Positions 9,120 through 16,900 of a stretch of DNA of 32,000 bases are shown piece after piece. Position 1 is the stretch's first letter, and each line of letters begins with the position of its first letter. Made by a program: the position numbers and the translations under genes. The notes beneath the pieces were generated by a model that was not told where the DNA came from, ran no database searches, and worked only from the letters and a program-made list of their open reading frames with translations. Source of the DNA: an uncultured Alphaproteobacteria bacterium (lineage in GTDB: Bacteria > Pseudomonadota > Alphaproteobacteria > Micropepsales > Micropepsaceae). The stretch lies in the NCBI GenBank assembly GCA_963747255.1, contig CAVVEG010000018.1, positions 1 to 32,000 of the forward strand, in the 5' to 3' direction.

Positions 9120-10499
9120 TTAAATAACTGAGTCAATTCTGCCACGCCTGGAGAAGAAAAACGCTGGCAGGATTCACATCGGGGAATCGCGGGTCGTAGA
9201 GTTGCGGGATGATTCGCGGTGCGCGGGTTGGCGAGGCAAGGCGACGCTATCGTCAGATGGCATCTGTTCTGAATGAACAGAGCCGCCGCCGCTTTGTTGC
9301 GCTGGAAGCACAGTCGCTGGGACATGGCGGGGTGAGCGCGATGTCGCGGATCAGCGGCTTGGCGCGCTCCACGATCTACCGGGGATTTTCGGACGTCTCG
9401 CACAAGGTCTCTGCTCCGCCCGGACGCATGCGTAAGCCGGGTGGCGGGCGCAAGAGTAAAGTCTCTCAGGATCCGACCCTTGTGTCCGATCTGGAGGCGC
9501 TCGTTGAACCTGTGACACGCGGCGACCCGATGCAGCCGCTGTTGTGGACGTCCCTGAGCCTGCGTAACCTCGCCAGGGAGCTGGCGGCGATGGGGCACGA
9601 GGTTTGTGCCGACGTGGTCGGCGGCCTTTTGCGGGAGATGGGCTACAGCCTGCAGGCGAACAGCAAGACACGGGAAGGCGGCCAACACATCGATCGCGAC
9701 GCGCAATTCAACTACATCAACGAGCAGGCCAAGGCGTTCCTGGCGTCGCGCGAACCGATCATCTCGGTCGACACCAAAAAGAAGGAATTGGTGGGCAATT
9801 TCAAGAACAACGGCCGGGACTGGCGACCCAAGGGTACGCCCGATCTCGTCAATGTCCACGACTTCATCGATCCCAAGCTCGCCCGCGCCGTGCCTTACGG
9901 CGTCTACGATATCACCAACAATCTTGGATGGGTCAGCGTCGGCACGGACCACGATACCGCCTGCTTTGCCGTCAACGCGATCAAGCGTTGGTGGCAGAGC
10001 ATGGGCAAGAAGCGCTATCCCAAAGCCAAACGACTGATGATTTCCGCCGATGGCGGTGGCAGCAACGGCTATCGTGTGCGTCTGTGGAAAGTCGAGCTTC
10101 AGAAGCTGGCCGACGACCTCGAACTTCCCATCACGGTCTGCCATCTGCCGCCGGGCACCAGCAAATGGAACAAGATCGAACACCGCCTCTTTTCGTTCAT
10201 CACCATCAACTGGCGGGGCAAGCCACTGCGCAGCTATCGCACCATCGTTCAGCTGATCGCCGCCACCACGACCAAGGCCGGCCTAAAGGTGCGCGCCGAA
10301 CTCGATCAAAGAAAATATCCCAAGGGCGTCAAGGTTTCCGATGCCCAGCTCGCCGCCGTCAACATCCTTCCCCACGCTTTCCACGGCGACTGGAACTATA
10401 CGATCTCGCCAACCCGGCAACGATCCAAACGTCAATCCAAAACAAATTGACCGATTTATTTATCGGCAGGCCCTAAGCAGCGGCGAATTTGTCAACGCC
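9081..10499 (+). mobile_element. ISAzo13-family insertion sequence
   Basis: A single transposase ORF is flanked by imperfect terminal inverted repeats. Left end, 9081-9138: GGCCTTCGCAAATGCCTCTGCTT..AGGGC..TAAATAACTGAGTCAATT. Reverse complement of the right end, 10445-10499: GGCGTTGACAAATTCGCCGCTGCTTAGGGC..TAAATAAATCGGTCAATT. The best core is 9121-9138 versus 10445-10462 (15/18). The outer limits are uncertain by about 40 bp. No clean target-site duplication is visible. Confidence 0.85.
9209..10450 (+). CDS. ISAzo13-family transposase
   Basis: 413 aa with blocks I recognise from ISAzo13/Rhodopirellula-type transposases: LNEQSRRRFVALEAQSLGHGGVSAMSRISGLARSTIYRG, GGGRK, SVDTKKKELVGNFKNNGRDWRPKG, VNVHDFIDP, AVPYGVYDI, ISADGGGSNGYRVRLWK, CHLPPGTSKWNKIEHRLFSFI. 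Confidence 0.9.
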   Translation: MIRGARVGEARRRYRQMASVLNEQSRRRFVALEAQSLGHGGVSAMSRISGLARSTIYRGFSDVSHKVSAPPGRMRKPGGGRKSKVSQDPTLVSDLEALVEPVTRGDPMQPLLWTSLSLRNLARELAAMGHEVCADVVGGLLREMGYSLQANSKTREGGQHIDRDAQFNYINEQAKAFLASREPIISVDTKKKELVGNFKNNGRDWRPKGTPDLVNVHDFIDPKLARAVPYGVYDITNNLGWVSVGTDHDTACFAVNAIKRWWQSMGKKRYPKAKRLMISADGGGSNGYRVRLWKVELQKLADDLELPITVCHLPPGTSKWNKIEHRLFSFITINWRGKPLRSYRTIVQLIAATTTKAGLKVRAELDQRKYPKGVKVSDAQLAAVNILPHAFHGDWNYTISPTRQRSKRQSKTN

Positions 10500-11131
10500 A
10501 CTGGCAAGTCACTGACGCAAATGGTGTCGCCGACAGGAGGCGGCGATTCCGCAACATATTCATTGGGGTTTTCCCAACGGTAGAGATTATCCTCCATGTC
10601 AAAAAAATGCGGCGCGTTCCGTCTGCGCCAAAACTCCGCGGGAAGCGTCACGTCTTTCCCATAGTGTGGGTAGTACACGAACGCCGCTAAACGTCCTTCC
10701 GCAAGCAATTTGAGCAGCCTGTCACGAACGTTCTCAAATCGGTTGCGCGCTTTCCGTTCAACGTCGGCGCGCGCTTTCGCCTCCAGAGCAAATTCAAACG
10801 AGGCCGCGAGAGCATCGTCGAGGTTGAGAAAAGAGAGCTGGCGACCATCGGGATTATCCAAGTACCAGGGCGGCGGTAGTAGAATAATCTCCGTCCCATC
10901 CGGCGAGGGGATTTTGCCGCCATGAGGACCGGCTAAATCGTCTCCAATTTTGTCCAAAGGCCTTGCCAGCAGCTCGCGCCCGTCCCACTCGGCACCAAAC
11001 ATCGATTGCCCAAGACGGTCGATGGCTTCGAACAGGTAAATGCAACCGGGAATTCCCTGCCACGGGACGGTCGGCCGTTGATTAAGACGGGGTGGTTTCC
11101 ACCACACGCGCACCTCCACAATGCGTTCCAC
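10460..11131 (-). pseudogene. 5' portion of an island gene whose frame runs into the IS right end (hypothetical protein)
   Basis: GTG start at 11131, inside leader copy B. A 223-codon frame stays open until a TAA located inside the IS terminal repeat (10460-10462). No family recognised. Confidence 0.45.
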
Positions 11132-11171
11132 AGGAAGGAGGAGGCGCGCGGCATTCCGTGTGGAGCGGAGA
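11105..11171 (-). repeat. Duplicated leader element, copy B
   Basis: See copy A. It contains CTCCACA (11114-11120), TTCCACA (11125-11131) and the inverted GTGTGGAG (11158-11165). It overlaps the GTG start of ORF 10460..11131. Confidence 0.7.
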
Positions 11172-11329
11172 TTCAGGCCGTCGCCTTAGCCGCGCCCACT
11201 CAAGTTCGCCGATTCTGAAAAATCGGGGAATGGCCACGGTCCGCCAGCCCACAGGAATAATATTTCGGCCCTGATGGGATTTTGTCGTCCCCTAAAAGGG
11301 CCGGATGAACGTGCGAAATCGCTCCGGCC

Positions 11330-11393
11330 GCTTACCCAGTGCTTACCCGTGCAACCGCAACTGCGCCAAACCAGTAAGCCGGTAACGGTAAGC
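11330..11393. repeat. Array of GCTTACC / GGTAAGC heptamers next to the tRNA 3' end
   Basis: GCTTACC occurs at 11330-11336 and 11341-11347. Inverted copies are aGTAAGC at 11373-11379 and GGTAAGC at 11387-11393, plus a GGTAAC variant at 11381-11386. The array is 23 bp from the tRNA-Gly 3' end. Confidence 0.55.
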
Positions 11394-11415
11394 CAATGAT
11401 ATTATTTGAGAAATT

Positions 11416-11490
11416 TGGAGCGGGCGAGGCGATTCGAACGCCCGACCCTAACCTTGGCAAGGTTATGCTCTACCCCTGAGCTACGCCCGC
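11416..11490 (-). tRNA. tRNA-Gly (anticodon GCC)
   Basis: The reverse complement folds by hand as a cloverleaf: GCGGGCG-TA-GCTC-AGGGGTA-GAGC-A-TAACC-TTGCCAA-GGTTA-GGGTC-GGGCG-TTCGAAT-CGCCT-CGCCCGC-T-CCA. The 7-bp acceptor stem is perfect, the T-loop is TTCGAAT, the anticodon loop is TT-GCC-AA, and CCA is encoded. Confidence 0.95.
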
Positions 11491-11540
11491 GCTCCGCGAG
11501 TTTTATTGCAACTGTCCCGGCAAGTTTCAATAGTTGTCCC

Positions 11541-12086
11541 ATGCACAATCCCGAGCAACCGGCCGAAGTTCCGGGGCTGTCCTCGCCCGAAGAGCGGGAA
11601 ACGGCGGTGTATGAACGGCTTTCGGCGCTCGGGATCGACTGGAAGACCCATGCCCACGCGCCGGTATTCACGGTGGAGGAAGCGCGGCATCTGCGCGGCA
11701 GCCTGCCCGGACTGCACACCAAAAACCTGTTCCTGGAAGACCGGAAGGGCCGATTCTGGCTGGTGGTGGCGCGCGAGGAACTTGCGGTCGATCTGAACGC
11801 GCTCGCCAGAATGCTGGGCGCTCCGCGTTTTTCCTTCGGCAAGCCGGAACGCATGATCGCGCTGCTTGGCATCCCGCCGGGCGCTGTGAACCCGTTTGCC
11901 GTGATGAATGACCCGGAGTGCCGCGTGACGGTGGTGCTGGACGAAGAATTCTGCGGAGCGGACACCGTCAATTTTCACCCCATGCGCAATGACCGGACCA
12001 CGGCGATTTCTTCCGCCGGCCTGATCCGTTTTCTGGAAGCGTGTGGACATCGCCCGATGATCGTCAGACTGCCGGAGCGGATCTGA
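11541..12086 (+). CDS. YbaK/ProX-type aminoacyl-tRNA editing deacylase
   Basis: In frame within ORF 11406..12086. The upstream part overlaps the tRNA, so ATG 11541 is used. Blocks: HAPVFTVEEA, LPGLHTKNLFLEDRKGRFWLVV, LGIPPGAVNPFAVMND, VNFHPMRND. Confidence 0.85.
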   Translation: MHNPEQPAEVPGLSSPEERETAVYERLSALGIDWKTHAHAPVFTVEEARHLRGSLPGLHTKNLFLEDRKGRFWLVVAREELAVDLNALARMLGAPRFSFGKPERMIALLGIPPGAVNPFAVMNDPECRVTVVLDEEFCGADTVNFHPMRNDRTTAISSAGLIRFLEACGHRPMIVRLPERI

Positions 12087-12126
12087 AGCGTGGTAAAGAT
12101 GCGCAGGCAGCAACAAGAGATTGCCC

Positions 12127-12603
12127 ATGAGCGCGCATGAATTCACATTCCGATCGATCGACGGACAGCCGCTGAACCTGAAGGCGTTTGCCGGACATCC
12201 GGTGCTGGTCGTCAATACGGCATCGGAATGCGGCTTCACTCCGCAATATGCCGGACTGGAAGCTCTGTGGCGGAAATACAAAGACCGCGGATTGATCGTG
12301 CTTGGCGTGCCGTCCAACGATTTCGGGCGGCAGGAGCCCGGCACGGAAGCGGAAATCAGGGAGTTCTGCACCGCGCGTTTTGGAGTCTCGTTTCCGTTGA
12401 CGGCGAAATATGACGTGGCGGGCAAGGACGCGCATCCGTTCTATCGGTGGATCGTGGCGCAGGCAGGCGATGCCGCCGCGCCGCGGTGGAATTTTCATAA
12501 ATATCTGATCGACGGCAAAGGGGAGTTGGCGGGCGTGTTTCCGTCGAAGGTGGCGCCCGAGGACAGGAAGCTGGTGGAGGCGATTGAGGAGCAGTTGGGG
12601 TGA
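12127..12603 (+). CDS. Glutathione peroxidase (Cys-type, BtuE-like)
   Basis: Blocks: LVVNTASECGFTPQYAGLEALWRKYKDRGLIVLGVPSNDFGRQEPG, IREFC, FPL, WNFHKYLI. ATG 12127 is preferred over TTG 12121. Confidence 0.92.
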   Translation: MSAHEFTFRSIDGQPLNLKAFAGHPVLVVNTASECGFTPQYAGLEALWRKYKDRGLIVLGVPSNDFGRQEPGTEAEIREFCTARFGVSFPLTAKYDVAGKDAHPFYRWIVAQAGDAAAPRWNFHKYLIDGKGELAGVFPSKVAPEDRKLVEAIEEQLG

Positions 12604-12675
12604 GAGGGGCGTTCGGCGTGCGGCGGTTTGTCCCGGAGGTTCCTCCTTCGTCGGCTGCAACTGCGGTCCCCCCAC

Positions 12676-12817
12676 CCGAATTCGCAGGCGAATTCGGCCT
12701 CCCCGCCAGGGGGAGGCAGTACGCGTTTGTTGGTCGCAGCTTCATCTCTCGGTCTGCGGAGAGGTCCCCCCTTCGTCTCACGGCTGGCGCCGCGATCCAC
12801 TTCCCCCTCAAGGGGGG
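12676..12817. repeat. Cluster of GC-rich intergenic hairpins (REP-like palindromic units)
   Basis: Four hairpins: CCGAATTCG-cagg-CGAATTCGG (12676-12697), CCTCCCC-gccag-GGGGAGG (12698-12716), CTCTC-n8-GAGAG (12746-12763), and CCCCCT-ca-AGGGGG (12803-12816). They lie in the 275-bp gap between the glutathione peroxidase gene and the MBL gene. None is followed by a U-tract. Confidence 0.5.
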
Positions 12818-12878
12818 CAGAGGGAATTGAGCGTTTGCGGCTTCTCAGGAGATGGGGGCAGCAGAGAGGAGTGGTAAG

Positions 12879-14051
12879 ATGAGAGGTGCGGTTGGGGCGT
12901 TTGCGTTCGCCGCGGTGGCGACACTGGCGGGACGGGCAGATGCTATCACCGGTCCGAAGCCGGAATTCCGGCAGGTGGCCGATGGAGTCTATGCCTATAT
13001 CGGCAAACGCAATGACGCCAACGCGCTGGCGATCGTGACTTCGGAAGGCGTCGTGCTGGCCGATACCGGCAACAACAATTCCGATTCGCGGGCGATCCTG
13101 AAAGATATTCAGTCGGTGACAAACCAGCCGGTGCGCTACATCGTGGTGACGCAGAACCACGGCGATCATGTGGGCGGCATTCCGCTGTTCTCGCCGCCCG
13201 CGCATGTGATCATGCAGGAACGCGCAGCAAAGCAATGGGCCGGATGGACGCCCTATCAGATCAATTCGTGGCGCAAGCGGTTTTCGGAGCGAGCGGACGC
13301 GCTGAAGAACGTCAATCCACTGGATACGGTCATCACCTTCGATTCGCATATGACGCTGCATCTGGGCGGTCGCGAGATCGACCTGATCTATGTCGATGAC
13401 AAATATAATCCCGGCGATGTCGCCGTGTGGCTGCCGAAGGAAGCGGTGCTGCACGCCTCATTCGCCGGCTACAAAGACCGCCACCCCGATATCCGCCCTG
13501 ACTACAGCCACGGCACGACCGAAGGCATGCTGAAGCAACTGGACGCCTATATCGCGCTGAAACCCAAAATCGTCATTCCGGCGCATGGTCCCCTGAGCGA
13601 TGTGCGCGATCTCAGCATGATGATCGATTACCTCGTGCTGGCGCGGCACAAGGTCGAGGACATGATGAGTCGCAATATGCCGCTGCCGGAAATCGAAAAA
13701 GCCTTCGATATGCACGAATACAAGGATTGGGACCGCACCGAACATCTGTCGTGGACGGCGGACACGATCTACCGCGAGCTTCAGGGCGAGGGGCCGCTGA
13801 CCATCAGGACCGAGCGCAAGCAGCTGAGCGGCACGGTGGCGAGCGCGATGGACGACGGAAGGTTCGTGACGGTCAGGGCCGATGGCGGGGCCGAGATCCG
13901 GTTACGGATTGGCGCCGATACGGATGTGGACGGAATATCCGACCGCAGTCTGCTGAAGCCGGGCATGCATGTGTCGGCGGTGTATGAAATTCCGCAGGAT
14001 GTAAATCCGGCGCTGGGTTACGACGCGCTGCAAATGAGCGTTTCGAAATAG
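12879..14051 (+). CDS. Secreted MBL-fold metallo-hydrolase with a C-terminal extra domain
   Basis: ATG 12879 is preceded by GAGAGGAG. Signal peptide: MRGAVGAFAFAAVATLAGRADA. MBL blocks: VLADTGNN, YIVVTQNHGDHVGG (the HxHxDH motif reads QNHGDH), PAHG. An additional C-terminal domain of about 80 aa follows. Confidence 0.8.
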   Translation: MRGAVGAFAFAAVATLAGRADAITGPKPEFRQVADGVYAYIGKRNDANALAIVTSEGVVLADTGNNNSDSRAILKDIQSVTNQPVRYIVVTQNHGDHVGGIPLFSPPAHVIMQERAAKQWAGWTPYQINSWRKRFSERADALKNVNPLDTVITFDSHMTLHLGGREIDLIYVDDKYNPGDVAVWLPKEAVLHASFAGYKDRHPDIRPDYSHGTTEGMLKQLDAYIALKPKIVIPAHGPLSDVRDLSMMIDYLVLARHKVEDMMSRNMPLPEIEKAFDMHEYKDWDRTEHLSWTADTIYRELQGEGPLTIRTERKQLSGTVASAMDDGRFVTVRADGGAEIRLRIGADTDVDGISDRSLLKPGMHVSAVYEIPQDVNPALGYDALQMSVSK

Positions 14052-14054
14052 GGC

Positions 14055-14921
14055 TCAAAAGTTTCCGAAACTGAACGCCCCGGTGGTCTGGTCGCAGCGG
14101 CCGGAGAATTCGTTGCGGCCGGGCCGCAGCACCGGCGGGCCGGCATCCGGACTGACGGGCGCAGCTACCCGCATCAGCAGGGGGCCGGGCAGTACCGCCG
14201 CCTGTTTGACCGGACTGTCGTTCCGCGAAATTTCCAGCACCAGCTTGCGGCGCATGCCCGCGGCATAGTCCTGATATTTGCGCACCACGACGACGAATGA
14301 GCCGCGTCCGCCGGCAACACAGGCGGCATAATATTTGTCGAGATCCTGAAAATAACCGTTCGCCTGCTCGTCCATCACCGGAAGGCCGTTGATGACAATT
14401 CCGTTCGCGACGGTACTGTCATGGACGGGCTGCAAATGGTCGCCCCAATTGTTGGGGCCATCGCCGGATACGTCGATGACTTTGCGGTCCGAGGTGATGT
14501 CCTTGTCGCTGGACTCCAGTATCAGCGTGCCGATCTGCAGCGCGCTGCTGATGGAAGTCCGATGGCCGACGGTACGCGGAAGCTTGCGGACCAGGGCCGC
14601 GAATTCGGCCGCACTCTGACGGTCGCGGATGATGCGCCAGTCGGCGACGATCTTGTTGTAGGGCGCGCTGGAGAAGTCGACCATGGCCACGGCGATGCGG
14701 CCGAGAGAGCCGTTCTGGATGGCGCGAATGACCTCCGGCTGGGTGAACGCATCGGCCGTGCCTTCGCGTTCCAGCTGCAGTTCGTCGTTGTCGATGCTGC
14801 CGGAAACATCCACGGCCAGCACCAGTTTGAGATCGACCTGCTGCTGACCGGCGGCAGAAGATGCAGGCTGCGGCAGGAAGGCAAAACCGGCGAGCAGGGC
14901 AATGACAGACGGGCGGATCAT
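14055..14921 (-). CDS. DUF1194 (vWA-like) domain protein
   Basis: Signal peptide, then LKLVLAVDVSGSIDNDELQLEREG, AVAMVDFS, VIDVSGDGPNN, IVINGLPV. This is the pattern I associate with DUF1194 proteins of alphaproteobacteria. Confidence 0.8.
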   Translation of the reverse strand: MIRPSVIALLAGFAFLPQPASSAAGQQQVDLKLVLAVDVSGSIDNDELQLEREGTADAFTQPEVIRAIQNGSLGRIAVAMVDFSSAPYNKIVADWRIIRDRQSAAEFAALVRKLPRTVGHRTSISSALQIGTLILESSDKDITSDRKVIDVSGDGPNNWGDHLQPVHDSTVANGIVINGLPVMDEQANGYFQDLDKYYAACVAGGRGSFVVVVRKYQDYAAGMRRKLVLEISRNDSPVKQAAVLPGPLLMRVAAPVSPDAGPPVLRPGRNEFSGRCDQTTGAFSFGNF

Positions 14922-14966
14922 CCATGACCTCCGCAGGCGATGACGCAGGCCGAAGCTACAGCCGGC

Positions 14967-15471
14967 TTACTTCGTGGTTGCGGTTTTTCCAAACACGGAA
15001 TCAATTCCAGCCTGGGCGCATTTTTCGCCATCGCCACTGGAAACGCCCATGGAGCCGACCACCTGTCCATCGACGACGATGGGAACCGCACCGGGCATCG
15101 GGAAATCGCCGCGAATATAGGTGGGCGCAAGATTCTGTCCGCTTCGGACGATCTGTGCGGTTTCGGAGCTGGGACGTCTCCAGCGCAAGGCATTTCGGGC
15201 TTTCAGAAGGGCGGTATCGATGGCATTCGGCGCCGCGCCTTCCATCGCGTGCGAACTCGATGAGATTGCCACCCCAGTCGAGCACGGCCATCGCAACGGT
15301 CGCGTGATTTTTTTCTGCCCATGCCGAGCAGCCTTCGACCAGACCGCGCGCGCCCGCGGAGCTGATGATCTTCATGTTGCGCAGCGGCGATGCCGCCGGC
15401 GCGGCGTCGGTGGCGGATGCGGTGAGCGCGGCAATCGCGGCCAGCATCATCAGTGAACCTGTTCTGCGCAT
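14967..15471 (-). pseudogene. GlcG/HbpS-like (DUF336) haem-binding protein gene with a 1-nt frameshift
   Basis: The N-terminal half (MRRTGSLMMLAAIAAL..ATVAMAVLDWGGNLIEFAR) is in the frame of ORF 15001..15618. The rest (MEGAAPNAIDTALLKARNA..PGAVPIVVDGQVVGSMGVSSGDG..CAQAGIDSV) is in the frame of ORF 14967..15296. The junction reads gca cgc g atg gaa on the minus strand (~15243-15249), so one extra base breaks FARMEGA. A good SD (GGGAGGAATTC-ATG) sits at 15471. Confidence 0.8.
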
Positions 15472-15553
15472 GAATTCCTCCCGGGATTTGCGTTCAGAGC
15501 GAAGATTAGACGATTGCGGGCGCGACCGGAACTGTGCATTCGGGGCACAGATC

Positions 15554-16900
15554 CTATCTCGGGAGCGGTTTTCCGGTGGTCTCCGGAAGGTACCAGGGGA
15601 CGAAGAGCCCGATGGCATAGATGCTGCCGATGATCAGCGCGGCATGTGTGATGCCGCCGAACCTGGCGACCAGCGTTCCTGCGATCACCGGGAAGACCCA
15701 GGCGATCAGCCGCGCGCCGTTGAAAATGACGCTGGCTGCGGTCGAGCGAACACTCGCGGTGAACAGTTCGACGGGATAGATCGCCATCCAGGAAAAACCA
15801 TAGCCCAGCGTGATCACGCCGTTCAGGAAGGCGATGAGGGTGAAAACATAAAGGCCGCCGGTCCAGAGATAGGTCAGCCAGGTGATGGCGAGAGCGGCCG
15901 GAAACAGGATCACAAGATAGAGGCGGCGCCCCAGCCAGTCGGCGACAAAGCCGGATGAGATATAAGCGAGCACTCCGCCCAGCGCGTAGATCAGGGCGAC
16001 CCGCGGCCCCCAGACGCCGGCAGGTTCACCCTGCGCGGCGGCGAGCTGTTCGGCGTAAACGGGGGTCCAGGTGGAAACCGCCCACCAGCCTGTGGTGCAG
16101 GCAAACGACATCACAAAATTGAGCCAAAGGCGCCGGCGCGCCCCGGCCGACCGGAACAGCAGCGCCAATGTGAATGGCCGTTTGCCGCTTTTGTCCGGCG
16201 TCCGATCTTCCTCGACGGCGCCCCAGCGCTTTTCACGCAGGGCGGAAAGCCATTGATCCGATTCATCCAGCGAACGCATCAGATAGAGCACGCAGAATGC
16301 CGGCAATGCGCCCACGGCGAACATCAGGCGCCAGGTTTGCGGTCCAAGCGGCTGAACGGCACTGAGCACGAACCAGACAAGGGCGGCGAGAAAAATTCCT
16401 GCGCCGAAGCCCGACTGCAGGAATCCGAGGCCCTTTGGGCGGGCCCGGTCGGGCCAGGATTCGGCGACCAGCGCGATTCCGGTGCTCCACTCCGCCCCGA
16501 TCGCAAGTCCGGTCAGGAAGCGCATCGCCGAAAGCATCGCCACGCTGGTACTGAATGCGGTGAGACCGGTCAGGCAGGCATAGGACAGAACGGAGAGCAT
16601 CAGCATGCGTTTGCGGCCGAAATAATCGGCGAGGATACCGCCGCCGAGACCACCGATGCCCCAACCGAGCAAAGTGGTGCCGATGGCGATGCCGCCATAG
16701 ATCGGCGCTTCCAGGGCCTGCTGCGGGGTCAGCAGGGTGTGCAGCGCGGCGGGAAGCGCCATGACGAGGGCGAAAGCCTCATAGCCATCGAAAATCCAGC
16801 CCAGATAGCTGCCCCACAGAATGCGCCAATGCTTCCGGGTCAGGCCCGCCTGCCAGCCGGCGCGGCCCTGCGGCACGGCAATGGCGGCATTCCCGCTCAT
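15554..16900 (-). CDS. MFS transporter (metabolite:H+ symporter type)
   Basis: 448 aa, about 12 TM segments. Blocks: LGWIFDGYEAFAL, DYFGRKRML, and a FLTGLAIGAEW-type MFS motif. Its ATG overlaps the UbiD stop (ATGA at 16897-16900). Confidence 0.85.
   Translation of the reverse strand: MSGNAAIAVPQGRAGWQAGLTRKHWRILWGSYLGWIFDGYEAFALVMALPAALHTLLTPQQALEAPIYGGIAIGTTLLGWGIGGLGGGILADYFGRKRMLMLSVLSYACLTGLTAFSTSVAMLSAMRFLTGLAIGAEWSTGIALVAESWPDRARPKGLGFLQSGFGAGIFLAALVWFVLSAVQPLGPQTWRLMFAVGALPAFCVLYLMRSLDESDQWLSALREKRWGAVEEDRTPDKSGKRPFTLALLFRSAGARRRLWLNFVMSFACTTGWWAVSTWTPVYAEQLAAAQGEPAGVWGPRVALIYALGGVLAYISSGFVADWLGRRLYLVILFPAALAITWLTYLWTGGLYVFTLIAFLNGVITLGYGFSWMAIYPVELFTASVRSTAASVIFNGARLIAWVFPVIAGTLVARFGGITHAALIIGSIYAIGLFVPWYLPETTGKPLPR

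Noticed and set aside
9050-10183. 377-aa minus-strand ORF
   Set aside because: It lies entirely antisense to the well-supported ISAzo13 transposase, has Arg/Ala/Gly-rich low-complexity composition and no family motifs. It is a shadow ORF of GC-rich DNA.
11406-11540. Longer start (11406) for the ProX/YbaK gene
   Set aside because: The first 45 codons would overlap the tRNA-Gly gene. Family similarity begins after ATG 11541.
15235-15255. Programmed ribosomal frameshift in the GlcG-like gene
   Set aside because: No slippery heptamer or downstream structure is evident at the cgc-g-atg junction. A simple 1-nt indel (mutation or sequencing error) is the more economical explanation.
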